Below, piece after piece: positions 57,808 through 64,000 of a stretch of DNA of 64,000 nt. A program made the position numbers and the translations under genes. The stretch is from Patescibacteria group bacterium (GTDB lineage: Bacteria; Patescibacteriota; Saccharimonadia; CAILAD01; JADZBC01), in assembly GCA_052034495.1 (NCBI GenBank), contig JBPOIL010000010.1:14457-78456 (forward strand). The letters run 5' to 3'. Positions within the stretch are counted from its first letter, which is position 1. Every line of letters starts with the position of its first letter. The notes below the pieces were generated by a model. The model saw only the letters and a program-made list of their open reading frames with translations, had not been told where the DNA came from and made no database searches.

Positions 57808-58050
57808 ATGCCAGACTATGAAGCAGAAGCCAGGGCTGCTGAGCTCGAAGGAAGAGCTGAAGCAGCCCGCATCAGAGCGCGCGGCTATGAACAGCAAGCT
57901 GCCTACGCGCGCGGAGACCATCTGCGTGAAGCCACTCGCAGGCGCGAGGAGCAAGCACACATCCAGCGCGAGGTAGCTGCCGGACGTATGTGCCCTGGCG
58001 GCTGCGACACCTACTCCGGCGGATGCCGCATCCACGCCGACTCCTGCTAG
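57808..58050 (+). CDS. GC-rich orphan, helical with Cys-rich tail (80 aa)
   Basis: SD AAGGAG then ATG; CPGGC...C..H..C C-terminus. Confidence 0.65.
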   Translation: MPDYEAEARAAELEGRAEAARIRARGYEQQAAYARGDHLREATRRREEQAHIQREVAAGRMCPGGCDTYSGGCRIHADSC

Positions 58051-58111
58051 GCAGTAGCGCTCAAGGTTCCAGGGAGGTCCTTATAAAATCTCCCTCTTAC
58101 TTATTTTGGAG

Positions 58112-59158
58112 CTAACCAAGCTCCTTTTTGAACTTCTCAACGAGTTCTACTGGCGCAGGATCGACTTCATTTAAAATCCCCAGGTATGCCGATACATAAT
58201 CGCCGAGCATAATCGTGCTAAGGAGCTGCTGAATGTGTGTACTCCCTACCACTTCGACCTCGATTGGCTCATAACCATGTTTGGCTAGCACCTGCCGGGT
58301 AACCAAAATTCTCTTCTTAATCCGGTCGCTATCTAGGCTAGAATGTAGTTCCACTATCTGCGCATGCTTGTTTTCGGGTAGTATCCAGCCCTGCATCTCA
58401 TTATGATTTAGCTCTGGGAAAACGTTAGCACTGGCCATTTGCTTAGCGTTCTCATTAATGTCGATCTTCCACTTGTACGCTGCGGAGCCAAGAACAGGAC
58501 CGGCGTAAATAATGCTCGTTTTGCCATGGAGCTGCTTGGCAATCTTGCGGGCTACATTGTCATCGGCAGCATCCAGGTTCCATTGCGACTTCTGTGTGTC
58601 TAAAAAGTTCGCTACGTTCTGTAACTCCCGGCGCATGTCGACCTTACTCGCAAGGCCAAGGTTCTCGAGCACACACACAAATGCTTTGATATCGGCAAAT
58701 ACGCCTAGTCGCGGCTGGTCGTAGTGCTGCAACTCAATGTCCAGCAGGACTTTGTTTTTAGCAGCCTGCTCCAAGAGCCCACCACTCGACATCACAATTA
58801 CTTGAGCGTTTTTACGCTGGGCATCTTTTAGACAGCTCAGGGCCTCCTCTGTATTACCCGAGGCGCTCGAGACCACTACGAGCGAATGGCCGTTTACGTA
58901 GCCAGGCAGCTCATAGCCCCGTACTACCTCGAGTGGCACTATAAGCTGGTCATTAAGCCAGTTCTTCACGATCACGCCGGCAAGAGCTGAGCCGCCCATA
59001 CCCGCAAATATCACATTACGAATTCCGAGCCCGAGCTCTAGGCTCAGCTTGTCACCCATACTATCGGCAAAGTTGAGCCGCAGCTGAGCTGGCTGCGCGT
59101 CAATCGCATTGAATATATGATGCTTGTCGTACTTTTTGATGCCGTCTGTATTAACCAT
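58112..59158 (-). CDS. Bifunctional phosphoglucose/phosphomannose isomerase
   Basis: GMGGS, SASGNTEE, NENAK, PELNHNE; start moved to ATG at 59158. Confidence 0.92.
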   Translation of the reverse strand: MVNTDGIKKYDKHHIFNAIDAQPAQLRLNFADSMGDKLSLELGLGIRNVIFAGMGGSALAGVIVKNWLNDQLIVPLEVVRGYELPGYVNGHSLVVVSSASGNTEEALSCLKDAQRKNAQVIVMSSGGLLEQAAKNKVLLDIELQHYDQPRLGVFADIKAFVCVLENLGLASKVDMRRELQNVANFLDTQKSQWNLDAADDNVARKIAKQLHGKTSIIYAGPVLGSAAYKWKIDINENAKQMASANVFPELNHNEMQGWILPENKHAQIVELHSSLDSDRIKKRILVTRQVLAKHGYEPIEVEVVGSTHIQQLLSTIMLGDYVSAYLGILNEVDPAPVELVEKFKKELG

Positions 59159-59216
59159 AAGCTTATTATACACTGCTTGCATGGTATAATTTAGCCGATA
59201 GGGCAAGGAGTAACTT

Positions 59217-59846
59217 ATGCAAGACAAGACATATGAAGAGCTTATAGATGCGGCCAACGAGGCGCGCATTACAACTGAAGACGCCGAGGCCATTGATCTT
59301 TACCGACAAGCACTCGCAATCGGTGGTCCGCGCGATACTGAAGCACATTGGATGCTTGGCGTAAGTCTTATTAACAATGAGGAATATAGCGACGCGCTCG
59401 TTGAGCTGAACCAGGTGCTTAAAGATTGTGACGACAGCGACAAGCCAAATGTGCTAAGAGATCGCGCTAGAGCTTACGGTAAACTCAAGAAATTCGATGA
59501 GTCTGCGGCCGATATCACAAGTTCACTTAGGCAGCTTAAAGCGAGTGGCAATGAAAGCGAATACGGCGCCACCCTTGGTTTTGGCGCGCGGCTAAAGCTA
59601 GAACAAGAGGATGCCGAAGGCGCCCTAGCAGACTTCACCCATGCTGACGAAATCCTGAAAGCAGCCGACAACCGTCACTACGAACTTTACAACAAAATGC
59701 ATTATGCCGAAGCACTCGTGGACCATGGCAGCAAGCAAGATGCTGAAGCGGTCCTCGCCGAAGCAGAAGCCCTCATTCCGCAGTATGGTGGCGAAAAGCA
59801 CAGTAAACGAGCACAGGAACTGCACGACAAGCTAGCCGAAAAGTAA
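59217..59846 (+). CDS. TPR-repeat protein
   Basis: Repeated helical A/L/G/Y TPR pattern. Confidence 0.75.
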   Translation: MQDKTYEELIDAANEARITTEDAEAIDLYRQALAIGGPRDTEAHWMLGVSLINNEEYSDALVELNQVLKDCDDSDKPNVLRDRARAYGKLKKFDESAADITSSLRQLKASGNESEYGATLGFGARLKLEQEDAEGALADFTHADEILKAADNRHYELYNKMHYAEALVDHGSKQDAEAVLAEAEALIPQYGGEKHSKRAQELHDKLAEK

Positions 59847-59864
59847 TAAGGATCAGTACTAATC

Positions 59865-59895
59865 AAAAAGAGCCGGAAATCTCCCGGCTCTTTTT
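59865..59895. terminator. Bidirectional terminator after groL
   Basis: AAAAAGAGCCGG-AAATCTC-CCGGCTCTTTTT. Confidence 0.85.
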
Positions 59896-59914
59896 AGTCT
59901 TAGCGATTGGACCT

Positions 59915-61827
<1,913 letters not shown>

Positions 61828-61879
61828 GTTTACCTCCTTGTTAATTGCTTAGTGCACACAAATTACTCTTTTGTAAGCA

Positions 61880-61906
61880 TTAGCACTCTAATGCTTTGAG
61901 TGCTAA
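61880..61906. promoter_or_regulatory. CIRCE operator (HrcA)
   Basis: Perfect TTAGCACTC-N9-GAGTGCTAA just downstream of the groES promoter TTGACG-18-TACACT (61911-61940). Confidence 0.95.
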
Positions 61907-61924
61907 ATATAGTGTACAAAATGA

Positions 61925-62423
61925 CGGGCTTGAGCGTCAAGACCCCTGCCACTTGCATCTCCGGCCTTGGAGCTCCTGCCTTCCGCGACATTCGAATATC
62001 CTGGACGTGATTCGGAGTACTCAGAACAGAAAGACCGAGGATTGTTTGAGCCTGTTTCAGGCGAGTCCCGCAGGACGCTTCTGTTTGAGTACGGAGAATC
62101 ACCACCAAGAGATGAGCCCCATGTCGCAAATACTTTTGACTACTTTTGGTATCTTCAAAAGTAGTAATGAAGAATGAGCTATCTTGTTTTAAACTGGATG
62201 CCCTTTTGAAAGACCCAAAAGGGCGAAAAGGTCTTCCGACCACGGGTTCGCATCTAGGTGCGTTCGTTCACTCATGAAACTAGAATGTCGTGCCCACTGC
62301 GAGTTTGAGGACTCTCGTGGTTCACTTGTTCTGGTTCATGAGCTCCTCACTGCCTGATGCTCCAGGGTCGGGGAGCATGCAACTTTCGCTCTTTTGAGCT
62401 CATCAGAATAACCTACAGTTATT
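61925..62423 (-). ncRNA. Candidate ~480-500-nt structured RNA with a ribozyme-defined 5' end
   Basis: Starts at the hammerhead cut; nested long helices; no SD-led ORF. Confidence 0.5.
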
Positions 62424-62430
62424 GAGTTGC
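62379..62430 (-). ncRNA. Type III hammerhead ribozyme (canonical)
   Basis: GCAAC-UC^AAUAAC-UGUAG-GUUAUU-CUGAUGA-GCUC-AAAA-GAGC-GAAA-GUUGC; predicted cut between 62424 and 62423. Confidence 0.93.
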
Positions 62431-62520
62431 CACCCCAGGCCGAAGCCCGGGATGAGGAGTTTATATGGCTTACTCCTGTGCCTGCGTAGTTCCCGAAGGA
62501 GCTACTTGTTGTGTTGCGGC

Positions 62521-64000
62521 CTAGTTGCCGCTAGCCGATGCCGTTCGTCGACTGCGCTCTTCAGCGCTGAGCTGCGACAGCTCGTCGATGGTCGCATCGA
62601 TCTGAGCCTGCAGCTCGGCATCCGTGAGGGCCGAGAGCTCCTCGTCGGACTCACCGGGCGTGGGGGTCTCCCCCGGCACAGCCAGTTCGTCCTCGGTGCC
62701 ATCGATCAGCACGCGACCAATCTCGCCACCGTTGAGCTCCACCGCCTGATCGAGCTGACCAGGTCGGATGCGGAGCAGGTAACGGGGCTGGCCGGACTGC
62801 GTGGCGAACACCACCCAGTTGCCATCCTCGCCCGGGATGAACTCCTCCAATCGACCCTTTTGCCCCTCGTTGAGGAACGCGGGGTCGAGCTTGCGGAGGA
62901 TGTCCCTGGCGCGCCGTTCCAGATCTTGCTCGGTGAGGGCGTTGCCGTCCTCGTCTCCGTGCACCTGGACTCGAATCGTGTTCAGCTGGCCGTACGTGAC
63001 GGTGTCGCTGGGAACGAAGCTGACGGCCTGGATGACCTGGCTGCGGGTGCCCTTGGCGGTGAGCGGCGTCACGAAGTACATCCGCCCATCCTCCTGGCTC
63101 CGCAGGTTGTAGTCGGCAGGGTTCTCGGCATTCGCATCGATGTTTACCGGCTCGAAGCCGAAGGCATCGTTGCTGTACCACTTGCGCCCAGCAGCCCAGT
63201 TGACCATCTCGCGCTGCTTGGTAGCGACGCTGATGGGGTACACCGGGCCAGGAATCTCACCCGACTTCACCGAACGCTTGTACTCGATGGCCGGCGAGCC
63301 GGACTCCGAGCCACGCACCACGATGACGCCCGCAGGCACCTCAATGCTGCGTGAACCGTTCCACCGGTCGGTCTTGACCGGGATCACGATCACGGGGTTG
63401 TCATGGGTGTCGCAGTAGCCATAGACGTCGCTGAGACCCCAGTACACGTTGGCGCTCACCTGCTCCCGGATACGATCCGAGAGGCTGTTGGCGTACTCGC
63501 CCGTGATGGCCGCGTCGAGGCGGTTCTTGCCCTCGAAGCGACACTGGTGGACCTTCTCGGCGTCACCATTCCACTCGACGATGCTGTCGATGTGGATGCG
63601 CTTGCCTTCGCCGTCGCGGATGGCCGTCCACTTGCCCTTGCCTTCTCGATCTGAGATGTAGGCGTAGGTGTCGTCCAAGATGTCAGCCTTGGATGATCCA
63701 GTGGCGCGCTCGCTCATGATCCGTTGGGCGCCAGCCAGCGAGGCAGGGCGCTCTTCGAAACCACTTGCGAGGTACTCCGTGGGCTTGCCGGCCACGATCT
63801 TGGCCGGACCGACGTCGTGTCCACCCTCGAGCAACCGAGCCAGGATGCGCGGAGGCGCGTCCTTGTCAGCGTACTCGATCGAGACCGAACGCACAAACGG
63901 CGCGGCCTCGAGCTTGGAATCTGTTCCTGTGGGGAAACTCGCGGGCATAGTCATCAGGATGAAGCACACGCAAGCGACCACGGCTGTCGCCGTGATCAGC
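62521..64000 (-). CDS. GC-rich membrane-anchored hypothetical protein (5' end probably outside window)
   Basis: Long ORF with mostly G/C-ending codons; hydrophobic segment at the window edge; C-terminal coiled helix. Confidence 0.75.
   Translation of the reverse strand, partial: LITATAVVACVCFILMTMPASFPTGTDSKLEAAPFVRSVSIEYADKDAPPRILARLLEGGHDVGPAKIVAGKPTEYLASGFEERPASLAGAQRIMSERATGSSKADILDDTYAYISDREGKGKWTAIRDGEGKRIHIDSIVEWNGDAEKVHQCRFEGKNRLDAAITGEYANSLSDRIREQVSANVYWGLSDVYGYCDTHDNPVIVIPVKTDRWNGSRSIEVPAGVIVVRGSESGSPAIEYKRSVKSGEIPGPVYPISVATKQREMVNWAAGRKWYSNDAFGFEPVNIDANAENPADYNLRSQEDGRMYFVTPLTAKGTRSQVIQAVSFVPSDTVTYGQLNTIRVQVHGDEDGNALTEQDLERRARDILRKLDPAFLNEGQKGRLEEFIPGEDGNWVVFATQSGQPRYLLRIRPGQLDQAVELNGGEIGRVLIDGTEDELAVPGETPTPGESDEELSALTDAELQAQIDATIDELSQLSAEERSRRTASASGN

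Noticed and set aside
61863-62243. 126-aa ORF upstream of groES
   Set aside because: No SD, no codon bias, and it overlaps the CIRCE operator and promoter; probably spurious.

Overview
The window looks like a compact Patescibacteria/CPR chromosome segment, most likely Saccharimonadia-like. This is inferred from gene order (truB-rpsO-pnp-udg-rnj-ftsK; dnaG-rpoD-polA-mutM), two TrmB paralogues and many leaderless genes. Housekeeping content includes ftsK, rnj, pnp, rpsO, truB, rpsT, holA, mutM, polA, rpoD, dnaG, a Mur ligase, trhO, mutY, dus, rarA, idi, tldD/E, tRNA-Ser(GGA), groES/EL with a CIRCE operator, and a heliorhodopsin. Interspersed are about 15 GC-rich orphan cassettes, mostly with an AT-rich sigma70 promoter, a strong Shine-Dalgarno, often a TTG/GTG start, and GC hairpin ends. 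The main discovery is four sequence-divergent, fully formed type III hammerhead ribozymes, read directly from the sequence (51926-51977 -, 52429-52481 -, 57726-57782 +, 62379-62430 -). All four lie inside these GC-rich transcription units. They would cut the transcripts into separate pieces: large structured RNAs without a credible ORF (about 830 and 480 nt), a 503-nt unit bounded by two ribozymes, and mRNAs for paralogous LysM-like lipoproteins and small proteins. Cleavage activity, RNA folds and biological role are untested inferences.
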